64,000 nucleotides of DNA from a virus: IMG/VR virus record IMGVR_UViG_3300028025_002789, positions 1 through 64,000 of that record. One strand, given 5' to 3'. The translations under genes and the position numbers were made by a program. Below are positions 21,782 through 31,497 of this stretch, piece after piece. The notes below the pieces were generated by a model. The model was not told the DNA's origin and did not search any database. It saw only the letters and a program-made list of their open reading frames with translations. Numbering within the stretch: position 1 is the stretch's first letter; each line of letters starts with the position of its first letter.

Positions 21782-22870
21782 ATGGCAACTAATTTCCCAA
21801 CATCTTTAGATACATTAGTTAATCCTTTATCAGGAGATAATGTTAATGCTCCTTCACATGCCGCTCAACATACAAATGCTAATGATGCTATTGAAGCACT
21901 AGAGCAAAAAGTTGGTATAACAAATTCGGCGGTAACAACAACTCATGATTATAGAATTTCTCAAGTAGAGGCTTTAGCAGCAACCGCAGCAGCGGGATCA
22001 AAGTCAATTATTCAAGATGTTAGAAATCAAAGCGGATCATCTTTAACTAAAGGAACTCCAGTATATGTATCTGGATCAGAAGGAGCTTCTGGAAAGTTAT
22101 TAGTTTCACCAGCTTCAAATTCTGCAGAATCAAGTTCATCAAAAACAATGGGATTAACCTCTTCAACAATTTTAAATAACAACAATGGACAAGTAGTATC
22201 TGAAGGAATTTTAGAAGGAATTAATACAACTGGATCGGTAGACGGAGATCCAGTATGGCTGGGCACAAGCGGTCAAAAGATATATGGACTTGCTAATAAA
22301 CCTTATGGATCATCACACCTTGTATTTCTAGGAATTGTAATTCGTGGCGGACAACAAAATACAGGATCCATGTATGTAAAAATACAAAATGGTTTTGAGA
22401 TAGAAGAATTGCATAATGTATCAGCTAGAAATGCAGCTACTGGTGATATTTTAGTATATAACGCAACAAGCGGATTATGGGAATTAGAAACATCTACAAC
22501 ATTTGTAACAACAACAGATTTAGGAAACTCTCTAGGAAGCTATGTTCTATCCTCAGAAGTAGGAAACCCAGATGGCGTAGCCTCTCTTGATTCAACTGGT
22601 AATATTCCAGTTGCCCAACTTGGTAATATTATAGATGCCGCACCAAATGCTTTAAATACATTAAATGAATTAGCAGCGGCATTAAATGATGATGAGAATT
22701 ATGCTACTACAGTAACTACAGCACTATCAGGAAAGGCTCCACTGGCCTCTCCAGCCCTTACTGGAACACCAACTGCTCCAACAGCGGCATCAGGTACAAG
22801 TACAACACAAATAGCCACTACAGCTTATGTACAAGACTCTTTAGCCATGGCAATGGCGTTAGCCTTATAA
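21782..22870 (+). CDS. tail fibre-like protein, leaderless
   Basis: MATNFPTSLD; APNALNTLNELAAAL; SPALTGTPTAPT fibre repeats. Confidence 0.8.
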   Translation: MATNFPTSLDTLVNPLSGDNVNAPSHAAQHTNANDAIEALEQKVGITNSAVTTTHDYRISQVEALAATAAAGSKSIIQDVRNQSGSSLTKGTPVYVSGSEGASGKLLVSPASNSAESSSSKTMGLTSSTILNNNNGQVVSEGILEGINTTGSVDGDPVWLGTSGQKIYGLANKPYGSSHLVFLGIVIRGGQQNTGSMYVKIQNGFEIEELHNVSARNAATGDILVYNATSGLWELETSTTFVTTTDLGNSLGSYVLSSEVGNPDGVASLDSTGNIPVAQLGNIIDAAPNALNTLNELAAALNDDENYATTVTTALSGKAPLASPALTGTPTAPTAASGTSTTQIATTAYVQDSLAMAMALAL

Positions 22871-22904
22871 GCCCTTAAATGGTAAAATTTGTTAGGAGAT
22901 AAAT

Positions 22905-23318
22905 ATGTCAGTACAATTTGATTTAACCAATTTCAACTCTGTCATTCAGGCGAAGATGAATCAACTGCATTCAACTACATCTGCAAACGAGATGATTTTG
23001 ATACTGAAGGCACTTGAATCGGCATATGCAACTATTCTTAATGGTACTGCAATAAACAATGCAAATGCTATTACAGATATTGGTAATACTAAAGTAGCAG
23101 CAGTTAATACAGCAGGAACAACTCAGGTAGCCGCAGTAAATACCGCAGGTACCACTCAGGTAACAGCAGTAAACACAGCTGGAACAACTGGCGTAACAAA
23201 TATTAATACAAATAAGACAACAGCGTTATCAGAAATAGATGTTGCTAAGACACAAGCAACAGCATTAGTAATGAGCGCAGCGGGTGGAACAAATCCGTTT
23301 TTGTTGATGGGAGCGTAA
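22905..23318 (+). CDS. fibre adaptor with 11-aa tandem repeats
   Basis: AVNTAGTTQV repeats; ends NPFLLMGA. Confidence 0.75.
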   Translation: MSVQFDLTNFNSVIQAKMNQLHSTTSANEMILILKALESAYATILNGTAINNANAITDIGNTKVAAVNTAGTTQVAAVNTAGTTQVTAVNTAGTTGVTNINTNKTTALSEIDVAKTQATALVMSAAGGTNPFLLMGA

Positions 23319-23321
23319 TAA

Positions 23322-24383
23322 ATGGCAACAAACTATAAAATATTAGGTCAAGTTCAAGCTTCATCTGCTGGAGCAACTCAAAATTTAAATATCTGGCCAG
23401 ATCCAAACTTTGAATTTTATCCAGCATCACACACAAGTGGTCACGGTCCATCCAGTGGTGGCGCTAATGCAACAAGTCCAACTTTTGCACCATGGCAAGG
23501 ATCTAACTGGCAATCAAATGAATACATAGACTATCTTGACGGAGATGGATATACCGTTGGATCTCGTTCAGACTCTATTAGATTTAACGCTCACCATCAC
23601 AATGCAAACCCTCACTGGATTACCAGAGACTCAAATAAGCCATACCTAGATTCATCAAAGGTTTATACGCTATCTTTATGGTATAAAGGAACTAGCGATG
23701 GACACTGGAATAAAACATTTGCTTGGTCAAGAAATGACGGATCTAGCTGGACAACTATTGAAGACTGGGGTTCAAATGGAGATGCTCACACCCAAACAAA
23801 TAACAGAGGCTACTTGAATAGTTGGAAACAATACTATACAACATTTAGCGGAACAAATAACTGGTTTAGAATGTATTACAGATCAGGACAATATAACTCA
23901 AATAACTGGAATAGATTTCAGATAGATAATATTTATTTAACAGAAGGAGCTATTCCTCAAGCATTAATTCCCACACGTGCTCCAGATGGTTCTACTGGAA
24001 ATCCAAATATTGTATATGCTGCTCCATTTACTGTTAGATCAGAAGGATGGGCTGGAGATGCATACAACTCTTCAACAATTAGAAAATTAACTGGAGCATG
24101 GCAGACACTATACACAGTTCCAGATACATACCAGACTGTTGCATCAACCATATCTATAACAAATATATCTGCAACATTACCAGCAACGTATAGAATTGCT
24201 GTTGTTAAATATGGAGAAGCATTAACTCACAAGCATTTGCTAGCTTTTGATCAACCAATTGCAGTAAGTTCAAATGAATCATACACAGTTGGTATGACAC
24301 TATCAGCTGGAGACAGAATTATGGTTCAGTCAGATACAGATAGAGTTCAGTTCTCATTATTTGGTTCGGAAATTACTCCATGA
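23322..24383 (+). CDS. virion protein with inserted carbohydrate-binding-like domain
   Basis: Both ends match 19643; W/N/H-rich insert (YTLSLWYK...IDNIYL). Confidence 0.75.
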   Translation: MATNYKILGQVQASSAGATQNLNIWPDPNFEFYPASHTSGHGPSSGGANATSPTFAPWQGSNWQSNEYIDYLDGDGYTVGSRSDSIRFNAHHHNANPHWITRDSNKPYLDSSKVYTLSLWYKGTSDGHWNKTFAWSRNDGSSWTTIEDWGSNGDAHTQTNNRGYLNSWKQYYTTFSGTNNWFRMYYRSGQYNSNNWNRFQIDNIYLTEGAIPQALIPTRAPDGSTGNPNIVYAAPFTVRSEGWAGDAYNSSTIRKLTGAWQTLYTVPDTYQTVASTISITNISATLPATYRIAVVKYGEALTHKHLLAFDQPIAVSSNESYTVGMTLSAGDRIMVQSDTDRVQFSLFGSEITP

Positions 24384-25012
24384 TAAAAAGAAGTGGAGCA
24401 TATAGAGAAAGAAAGTCATATTCAGACGGACTTACACTTATTTGTGAAACAACACCATATGCTGGTACAATAAATGCAAATAGCGGAATGATAAACCCTC
24501 AATTAGTTGATGGTACTTCAACAATTTCTTTTTCAAATATACCGCAACATTTTAGAGATATTAAATTAGTATTTTCTCAAATGGCTCATAATACAGCAAA
24601 TAGCACTGGCTATAGAATTGTTATGAACCTTAATGGAGATACTACAAATAATAGATATTATACTAGAGCTGGATTTAGAGCGACTGGTAGCGGAGGAAAT
24701 ACATCGGTATCAGCTCCAACCTGGAATGCTGATAACACTAATTCTTTTTATTATGGATCAGTATTTAGACCAGAAAATGTTACTTGGACTGGAAGCGGAG
24801 AAATCACATTTCCGTCATATTCTGCAGTTACTGGCTGGTCTAGATCAGCATATGGAAACTGGTACCACTTAAACCAATCAGACTACAACCTTCCATATGG
24901 GTTTAACTATTATAATGGAAGCAATATGGCAATATCAAGCATTAATATTTCCCTAGAGTCTTCAGTTACATTTAGACAAAATTCAAAAATAACCCTTTAC
25001 GGAATAGGATAA
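24380..25012 (+). CDS. virion structural protein
   Basis: ISFSNIPQ...ITLYGI. Confidence 0.7.
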   Translation: MIKRSGAYRERKSYSDGLTLICETTPYAGTINANSGMINPQLVDGTSTISFSNIPQHFRDIKLVFSQMAHNTANSTGYRIVMNLNGDTTNNRYYTRAGFRATGSGGNTSVSAPTWNADNTNSFYYGSVFRPENVTWTGSGEITFPSYSAVTGWSRSAYGNWYHLNQSDYNLPYGFNYYNGSNMAISSINISLESSVTFRQNSKITLYGIG

Positions 25013-25045
25013 TTGTAGTATAATATATACAAGGAGACAATAAAC

Positions 25046-26473
25046 ATGCCATCAACATATCATTTATATCAAAGATACGGATTAATCTCACCAACCGAGA
25101 CTGGTACTGGGGTATATGCAATGTGCAAATATTTACCATCACCAGTAATTCAACAAGGAATTACAAACGCTGTTTACGCATTTGATGCTACCGCAGACTA
25201 TTCAACATTTTCTCCAACTGGAGCAGTATCGTACTACGACGCTCAATTTGGAATGGTTGGAGTAGGCTCAACTCGTGTAATTCTAGATGGATCTTCTCCT
25301 ACACCAAATATTAAAATACCAAGCTCATCTTACTATGACACTGGAGTGGTTACATATAAAACAGCATCTGTATATGTTTGGAGCGAATTCGCACTTCAAA
25401 TTAGATTAGATTTAAACTTACAAGATGCTTCTAATAATTCTGTAGGCGGAACAGATAGCACAACAGTAACTCTTACTCCTTATAAATGGACAAGAATTGA
25501 AACTATTTCAACTGCAAATGCTCAAAAAGTTCTAGCAACATTAAATGTATTAAATTTTAATTCTGCAACAGACACAGGAAAAATATTTTATATGGACTGT
25601 GTTCAAATTGAAAATCAAAGATGGTCGACTTCTTTTATGAATCAGCCAACTAGAGTTCAGACAGATATAACATTTACTGTTCCAAGATTGGGCCCAGACT
25701 ATACTGTAACTGGATGGGCAAAAATGGGAAGACATACAACTACCGTAGCTGGAGGCTCAGCACCATTTTTTACATTATATAATGGCGCCACAGACTATGC
25801 AACAATGCGGTATGTAGAAGGAACTACAAAAGTTCAAGCTTTTAAAGACGATACTGATCCAAATACAGATTTCTCTACAACAAACTTTGACTTAAACCCA
25901 TCAGACCTTGTATTTTTTGCATTAGTTAATGATGGATTAACAATGACAATGTACGTAGCAAAAACTGGGGACTCATCTTTAACCACAGCAAATCAAGCAA
26001 CAGATTTTAGCGTATTTAACACAATTTATATTGGAAGAGATACTGCTTCAAATTATTTAAATGGACCAGTAGAAAATTTATTAATTCATAAAAAAGCACT
26101 AAGTTCATCAGATATTTTAGCTATTTTTAATAGTGCAAATTCTTATGATTATGCTTCAACTCAGGATATAATTTTTTCATACGCCACACCATCTACAACT
26201 GGAACCAGCAAAGCCCTTGCATATACAGGGACTGGGTACCTTAGATATAAGAATGTTACCGCATCTTTAGATATTATTCCAGCAACTGGAATGGCGTCTA
26301 ATTCTTTAGTTGGATCATCTACACATCTAGTTTATGGAGATGACGTAGAGGAGTTAGAGCTCTACGGACAGATTGCAACATCAACTAATTTAACAACAGC
26401 AACACTCTATACAGTAGATCAAATAATTGATGTACCAGGAATTGGAAGAACTGCTTTCGTAACTAAGCAGTAA
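25046..26473 (+). CDS. ConA/LamG-like lectin-domain virion protein
   Basis: YTVTGWAK...IYIG...GPVENLLIHKKALSSSDI. Confidence 0.7.
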   Translation: MPSTYHLYQRYGLISPTETGTGVYAMCKYLPSPVIQQGITNAVYAFDATADYSTFSPTGAVSYYDAQFGMVGVGSTRVILDGSSPTPNIKIPSSSYYDTGVVTYKTASVYVWSEFALQIRLDLNLQDASNNSVGGTDSTTVTLTPYKWTRIETISTANAQKVLATLNVLNFNSATDTGKIFYMDCVQIENQRWSTSFMNQPTRVQTDITFTVPRLGPDYTVTGWAKMGRHTTTVAGGSAPFFTLYNGATDYATMRYVEGTTKVQAFKDDTDPNTDFSTTNFDLNPSDLVFFALVNDGLTMTMYVAKTGDSSLTTANQATDFSVFNTIYIGRDTASNYLNGPVENLLIHKKALSSSDILAIFNSANSYDYASTQDIIFSYATPSTTGTSKALAYTGTGYLRYKNVTASLDIIPATGMASNSLVGSSTHLVYGDDVEELELYGQIATSTNLTTATLYTVDQIIDVPGIGRTAFVTKQ

Positions 26474-26481
26474 GGAGAACT

Positions 26482-26664
26482 ATGATTAATTATATTTGGG
26501 CAACAGAAGATACGCTCAAGCGTTATAACGAAGACGGAACACACTCCTTTGTTAGCAAAGAAGATTCAGATTACTTAGAGTGGTCTTCATCTGGAAATAC
26601 AGCTCAGGACACAGATGAAGCATTGTCAACAACAGAAACAGAGCCATCTCCAAACCATATTTAA
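26482..26664 (+). CDS. small fibre-associated protein
   Basis: DYLEW...GNT; SD AGGAG. Confidence 0.6.
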   Translation: MINYIWATEDTLKRYNEDGTHSFVSKEDSDYLEWSSSGNTAQDTDEALSTTETEPSPNHI

Positions 26665-26702
26665 TATATAATTTATTAAATGTAAAGTAGAAAGATCTGG
26701 CA

Positions 26703-28277
26703 TTGCCAAAGCTAAAAAAAATAACTATTGTCGGCGGAGGATCTGCTGGCTGGATGTCTGCTGCTACGCTTATATCAAATTTTCCACAATATGAAATTTC
26801 ATTAATAGAAAGTCCAGAAATACCTAGAATTGGTGTTGGAGAAAGCACACAACAAAAGATAGCGGTATGGGCTAAAAATATTGGTATTAGCCATAAAGAC
26901 TTTATGGAAAAAACTGATGCTTCCTATAAATTTAGCATTAGGTTTAAAGATTTTAATCATGTTGGAGATGACGGATTTCATTATCCATTCGGCAGTATAC
27001 ATTTAGGAAACACAAATAAAGGCACAAATGAATGGGCTTTAAAAAAAATAAAATATCCAGAAACACCTAATTCTGATTTTGCAGACTGTTTTTTTCCACA
27101 AATGTCTTTAATACATAATAACACAATCAGTGAAAATAAGTATAATGTTTTTGAAGAATTTAATTTTGAAAATGAGCATGCATACCATTTTGATGCGATT
27201 AAGTTCGCTAACTGGCTTGCCGAAAATTTTGCAAAACCAAAAGGCGTTCATCATATATTAGCTACAGTTACTAAAGTAAATGTTGATGAAAATGGCGTAT
27301 CATCATTAGAGTTAGACAATGGAGATATTGTAGAGTCTGATCTATATATAGATTGCACTGGTTTTAAAGCATTATTAATATCAGAATCTTTAAAAGAAGA
27401 ATTTATAGACTATTCAAAAGGATTGCCATGCAATAGGGCTTGGGCAGTTCAAATTCCATATGTAGACAAAGAAAAAGAAATTGAAAATTATACAAACTGT
27501 ACAGCTCTAGGATATGGTTGGGTTTGGAACACACCGCTTTATTCTAGAATAGGAACGGGGTATGTTTATTCAGATAAATTTACTACACCAGAAGCAGCCT
27601 TAGAAGAATTTAAAGAATACTTAAAAAATAAAATAGACCCCATTCATGCTCCAGAAAGAATTACTGATGATTTAAAATTTAACGATGTTAGATTTAAAAC
27701 AGGAATCCATAAAAAGCTTTGGTCTAAAAATGTTGTCGCAATTGGGCTTTCCGCTGGATTCATAGAACCACTTGAAAGCAATGGCCTATACACAGTTCAT
27801 GAATTTTTAAATATTTTATCAAAATCTATTAATAAAGGCTACTATAATGAAATTGATAGAAAAGGATTTAATCATATTACTAGAAGAATATTTGAATCAT
27901 TTTTTCAGTTTGTTCAATTGCATTATAGCCTTAGCCAAAGAGATGACACAGAGTTTTGGAAATATATGACGGAGCAGGATATAGGCATAGTAGATAATTT
28001 TGACTCTACAAGAGAATTTAACAAACAGAGAATGATTGATTCAGAATATAAAGAAACTGGACCAATGTGTGTTGCTTATGGACATGGCGTAGTTCCTTTA
28101 GGAACAGAAGAGATAATTCAATATAATGATGTTTCTAATGAAGACTTAGACACCACTGTTTCTGGTTTTATATTTAAAACAAATAAATCTATTGAAAAAT
28201 GGAATAATGAAGCTAAAGACTCTATGTCTCATTACCAATATTTAAAAAAGAATTTTCATTATATGGATAAGGAGTAA
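26703..28277 (+). CDS. flavin-dependent (tryptophan-halogenase-like) halogenase
   Basis: GGGSAGW, GVGES, ASYK (catalytic Lys position), GWVWNTP, FIEPLESNG. Confidence 0.9.
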   Translation: MPKLKKITIVGGGSAGWMSAATLISNFPQYEISLIESPEIPRIGVGESTQQKIAVWAKNIGISHKDFMEKTDASYKFSIRFKDFNHVGDDGFHYPFGSIHLGNTNKGTNEWALKKIKYPETPNSDFADCFFPQMSLIHNNTISENKYNVFEEFNFENEHAYHFDAIKFANWLAENFAKPKGVHHILATVTKVNVDENGVSSLELDNGDIVESDLYIDCTGFKALLISESLKEEFIDYSKGLPCNRAWAVQIPYVDKEKEIENYTNCTALGYGWVWNTPLYSRIGTGYVYSDKFTTPEAALEEFKEYLKNKIDPIHAPERITDDLKFNDVRFKTGIHKKLWSKNVVAIGLSAGFIEPLESNGLYTVHEFLNILSKSINKGYYNEIDRKGFNHITRRIFESFFQFVQLHYSLSQRDDTEFWKYMTEQDIGIVDNFDSTREFNKQRMIDSEYKETGPMCVAYGHGVVPLGTEEIIQYNDVSNEDLDTTVSGFIFKTNKSIEKWNNEAKDSMSHYQYLKKNFHYMDKE

Positions 28278-28278
28278 T

Positions 28279-28980
28279 ATGTCTAAAAAAATAGTATTTA
28301 CAAATGTTCCTACAATGCTAGTTTCAGAAGAATACTTTCCGTCTCCAGCCTCTAAATATTTACCAGAGTGGTATAAAAAAACTAATTCATACTATAACGA
28401 TAAAAAAATGCCACAACAAATTACTATTAAAAAATGTATTCCCGTATTTGATGTTTTATCAATGGGCTATTATATTTTACTAGCACGGGATGTTTTTATA
28501 GAAAATGGAAAAAATGGAATGCCACCAGTCATACATGACGCTGAACCAGATTTTAATAAGTACCCTATAATTAGTACACATGAGTTTGAGCAAGCCCCAT
28601 TTCACCCTTATCCAAAGTTTCACAATAAAATTTTAAAGTGGACCAATCAATTTAGCATTAAAACTGAACCAGGATATAGCTGCTATTTTACAACCCCTCC
28701 CCATCAGGATCTGCCATTTTTAAATTTCGATGGTGTTGTAGATACAGATCGCTACCATTCTCCAGTAAATATTCCATTTTCTATAGATCCAGATTTTGAA
28801 GGATTAATTGAATCTGGAACACCAATTATTCATGTAGTACCATTCAAGAGAGATTCTTTTAAGATGGAAATAGGATCTGAAAAAGAATTGAATTTAGAAA
28901 AAAAGCAAGAACTTAGGCTTCATTCAAAAATATTTGATAGATATAAATCTATGTTTTGGATAAAAAAGGAATACAAGTAA
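28279..28980 (+). CDS. hypothetical protein in the halogenase cassette
   Basis: PEWYK...KKCIPVFD...GVVDTD...GTPIIHVVPFKR. Confidence 0.75.
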   Translation: MSKKIVFTNVPTMLVSEEYFPSPASKYLPEWYKKTNSYYNDKKMPQQITIKKCIPVFDVLSMGYYILLARDVFIENGKNGMPPVIHDAEPDFNKYPIISTHEFEQAPFHPYPKFHNKILKWTNQFSIKTEPGYSCYFTTPPHQDLPFLNFDGVVDTDRYHSPVNIPFSIDPDFEGLIESGTPIIHVVPFKRDSFKMEIGSEKELNLEKKQELRLHSKIFDRYKSMFWIKKEYK

Positions 28981-29279
28981 TGAAGAATAAAAATCGCATG
29001 GAATGGGTTATAGCCCTTAAAACAATGGGGCATAAAGAATATTGGAATAGAGCAAACACCGTTGAGTTTTTTGCATTTGTTGCCAAGGCAGCTATTATTA
29101 TCCCAGGACTTATATTTGATGTAAGCATCTGGTGGTTCTACATATTTGCCTTAGTTTCAAGTCTTGGGCTTATTTGGTCATCTACCGTTAAAACCATTCC
29201 CACTCTTATTTGGTTTAATATTCTATGGAGTACTCTAGCAATAGCTTATATAGCTAAGCACTTTGGACTTATCCTTTAA
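28980..29279 (+). CDS. multi-pass membrane protein
   Basis: About three hydrophobic segments; TAATG coupling. Confidence 0.7.
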   Translation: MKNKNRMEWVIALKTMGHKEYWNRANTVEFFAFVAKAAIIIPGLIFDVSIWWFYIFALVSSLGLIWSSTVKTIPTLIWFNILWSTLAIAYIAKHFGLIL

Positions 29280-29280
29280 A

Positions 29281-30339
29281 ATGCGTTTTCATGTGGTTAG
29301 TCTTCCACATACTCAAACGACTAAAGAGTATGTCAATTGTGCCTTTACTGAAAAAGTAAGGCGCTTTTGTCTTATGATGAAAGACTTAGGGCATGAAGTT
29401 TACCTATATGCTGGAGAAGAAAATGAAGCCCCATGCGATGAACTAATTACCTGTATATCTAATCAAGAAAGAATTGATGGTCTAGCAGGAAAACATTTTA
29501 CATCAGCTTCGTTTGATATTGCCCAGCCTTTCTGGGATAAATTTTTAAATACCGTAATAAAAGAAATGAGCCCACGACTTCAACAAAAAGATTTTATATG
29601 TTTAATTGGCGGTACATCTCATAAGCCAATAGCAGATGCATTTCCAGAACATATGTCAGTAGAGTTTGGAATAGGATACGGATCAACATTTGCAAAGTAT
29701 CGTGTGTGGGAATCCTACTCATGGATGCATTCATCATATGCTTCCTATAAAGATCCAACTAAAATAGATGGTTTATTTTATGACACGGTAATTCCAGGTT
29801 ATTTTGAACCAGAGATGTTTCCATTCCAGCCAAATAAAAAAGACTACTATCTTTATATTGGTAGAATGATAGAGCGAAAAGGTGTTGGAATAGCTTCAGA
29901 GATGTGTAAAGCAATTGGGGCTAAATTAATTATGGCGGGTCCTGGAGATTACATTCCTTCATATGGCGAATATATTGGACCAGTAGATTCAGATAAAAGA
30001 GCAGAACTAATGAGTAATGCAATTGCAGTTATTGCACCAACAACTTATATAGAACCATTTGGCAACATAGTTCCAGAGGCACATTTTTGTGGAACCCCAA
30101 CAATTACAACGGACTGGGGAGCATTTGTAGAAACAAATCCAAACGGAATAACTGGATATAGATGTAGAACCCTAGATGAATTTTGCAAAGCGGCAGAAGA
30201 TGTTAAGAAATTAAATCCTCAAATAATACATGATCGTGCAATGGCCATATACTCAGTAGACGTTATAAAATACAAGTATGACAAGTATTTTAAAGGCCTT
30301 TTAACCCTATGGGACCAAGGATGGTACACAAGATTATAA
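29281..30339 (+). CDS. glycosyltransferase, GT4 type
   Basis: YIGR..ERKG; EPFGNIVPEAHFCGTPTI. Confidence 0.9.
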   Translation: MRFHVVSLPHTQTTKEYVNCAFTEKVRRFCLMMKDLGHEVYLYAGEENEAPCDELITCISNQERIDGLAGKHFTSASFDIAQPFWDKFLNTVIKEMSPRLQQKDFICLIGGTSHKPIADAFPEHMSVEFGIGYGSTFAKYRVWESYSWMHSSYASYKDPTKIDGLFYDTVIPGYFEPEMFPFQPNKKDYYLYIGRMIERKGVGIASEMCKAIGAKLIMAGPGDYIPSYGEYIGPVDSDKRAELMSNAIAVIAPTTYIEPFGNIVPEAHFCGTPTITTDWGAFVETNPNGITGYRCRTLDEFCKAAEDVKKLNPQIIHDRAMAIYSVDVIKYKYDKYFKGLLTLWDQGWYTRL

Positions 30340-30363
30340 GGCTAATAATGGTACAATATAAAA

Positions 30364-31488
30364 ATGGCAACCACAGGTAAAGGTTTTCGATACCCAGATT
30401 ATTCAAACACTCCAGATGTCCCTAGAGACCTTGGATACCTTGCCGCAGACGTAGATACCTATTTAGGTACACACCCTGGCCCTACGGGCCCTACAGGCCC
30501 AACTGGACCCGCAGGAGCTACTGGTCCGTCAGGACCACAAGGTGCAATAGGAGTTACAGGCGCAACAGGTCCTACAGGACCAACTGGACCACAAGGCCCA
30601 CAAGGAACTGCAGTAACAATTTTAGGAACATATAATTCATTAGGTGAATTACAAACAGCCCATCCAACTGGAAGTGCTGGAGATGGATATTTAATTGGCG
30701 GAACGTTATATGTTTGGTCAGTAAGTACAACATCATGGGTAAATGTTGGAAACATTCAAGGACCAACGGGTGCAACAGGACCAACGGGTGCAACTGGTCC
30801 ACAAGGAGCTTCAGGTGCAGACTCAGTTGTTGCTGGACCAGCAGGACCAACTGGACCAGCGGGAGCAACAGGACCTTCAGGGCCACAAGGCATACAAGGA
30901 ATTCAAGGAGTATCTGGACCAACTGGACCAGTAGGAGCAAGCGGCCCAACAGGGCCATCAGGAGCAGACTCTACAGTTCCTGGTCCTACAGGACCAACAG
31001 GACCAGCAGGAGCCACAGGACCAACGGGACCAGCAGGAGAAGTAACACTACTTGGAGCACAGACACTTGTAGATAAAACATTAAATTATCCTACATTTTT
31101 ATCTGGTACAGAAACAGTAAATATAGTTGCTTCAGCAGCAACTGGAACAATTAACATTGATGCTGAAACATCAACAATTTATTATTATACTTCTGATGCA
31201 ACAGCAAATCATACTTTAAATTTTAGATATAATTCTTCTACATCATTATCTTCAAAGTTAAGTGTTGGAGAATCAATTACATTTGTGTGGATGAATACAA
31301 GTGGCGCAACAGCATATTACCCATCTGTCATTCAAGTTGATGGATCATCAATTACACCAAAGTGGCAAGGAGGAACTGCACCAACTGGAGGCAATACAAG
31401 CTCTGTAGATCTTTATACTTTTACCGTTTTAAAAACAACGGCTTCTCCAGCTTACGTAGTTCTTGGATCACAAACTAAGTTCGCATAG
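30364..31488 (+). CDS. collagen-like fibre protein, leaderless
   Basis: Two GPT/GAT Gly-X-Y blocks; N-terminus similar to 19349. Confidence 0.9.
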   Translation: MATTGKGFRYPDYSNTPDVPRDLGYLAADVDTYLGTHPGPTGPTGPTGPAGATGPSGPQGAIGVTGATGPTGPTGPQGPQGTAVTILGTYNSLGELQTAHPTGSAGDGYLIGGTLYVWSVSTTSWVNVGNIQGPTGATGPTGATGPQGASGADSVVAGPAGPTGPAGATGPSGPQGIQGIQGVSGPTGPVGASGPTGPSGADSTVPGPTGPTGPAGATGPTGPAGEVTLLGAQTLVDKTLNYPTFLSGTETVNIVASAATGTINIDAETSTIYYYTSDATANHTLNFRYNSSTSLSSKLSVGESITFVWMNTSGATAYYPSVIQVDGSSITPKWQGGTAPTGGNTSSVDLYTFTVLKTTASPAYVVLGSQTKFA

Positions 31489-31497
31489 GAATAGCAT

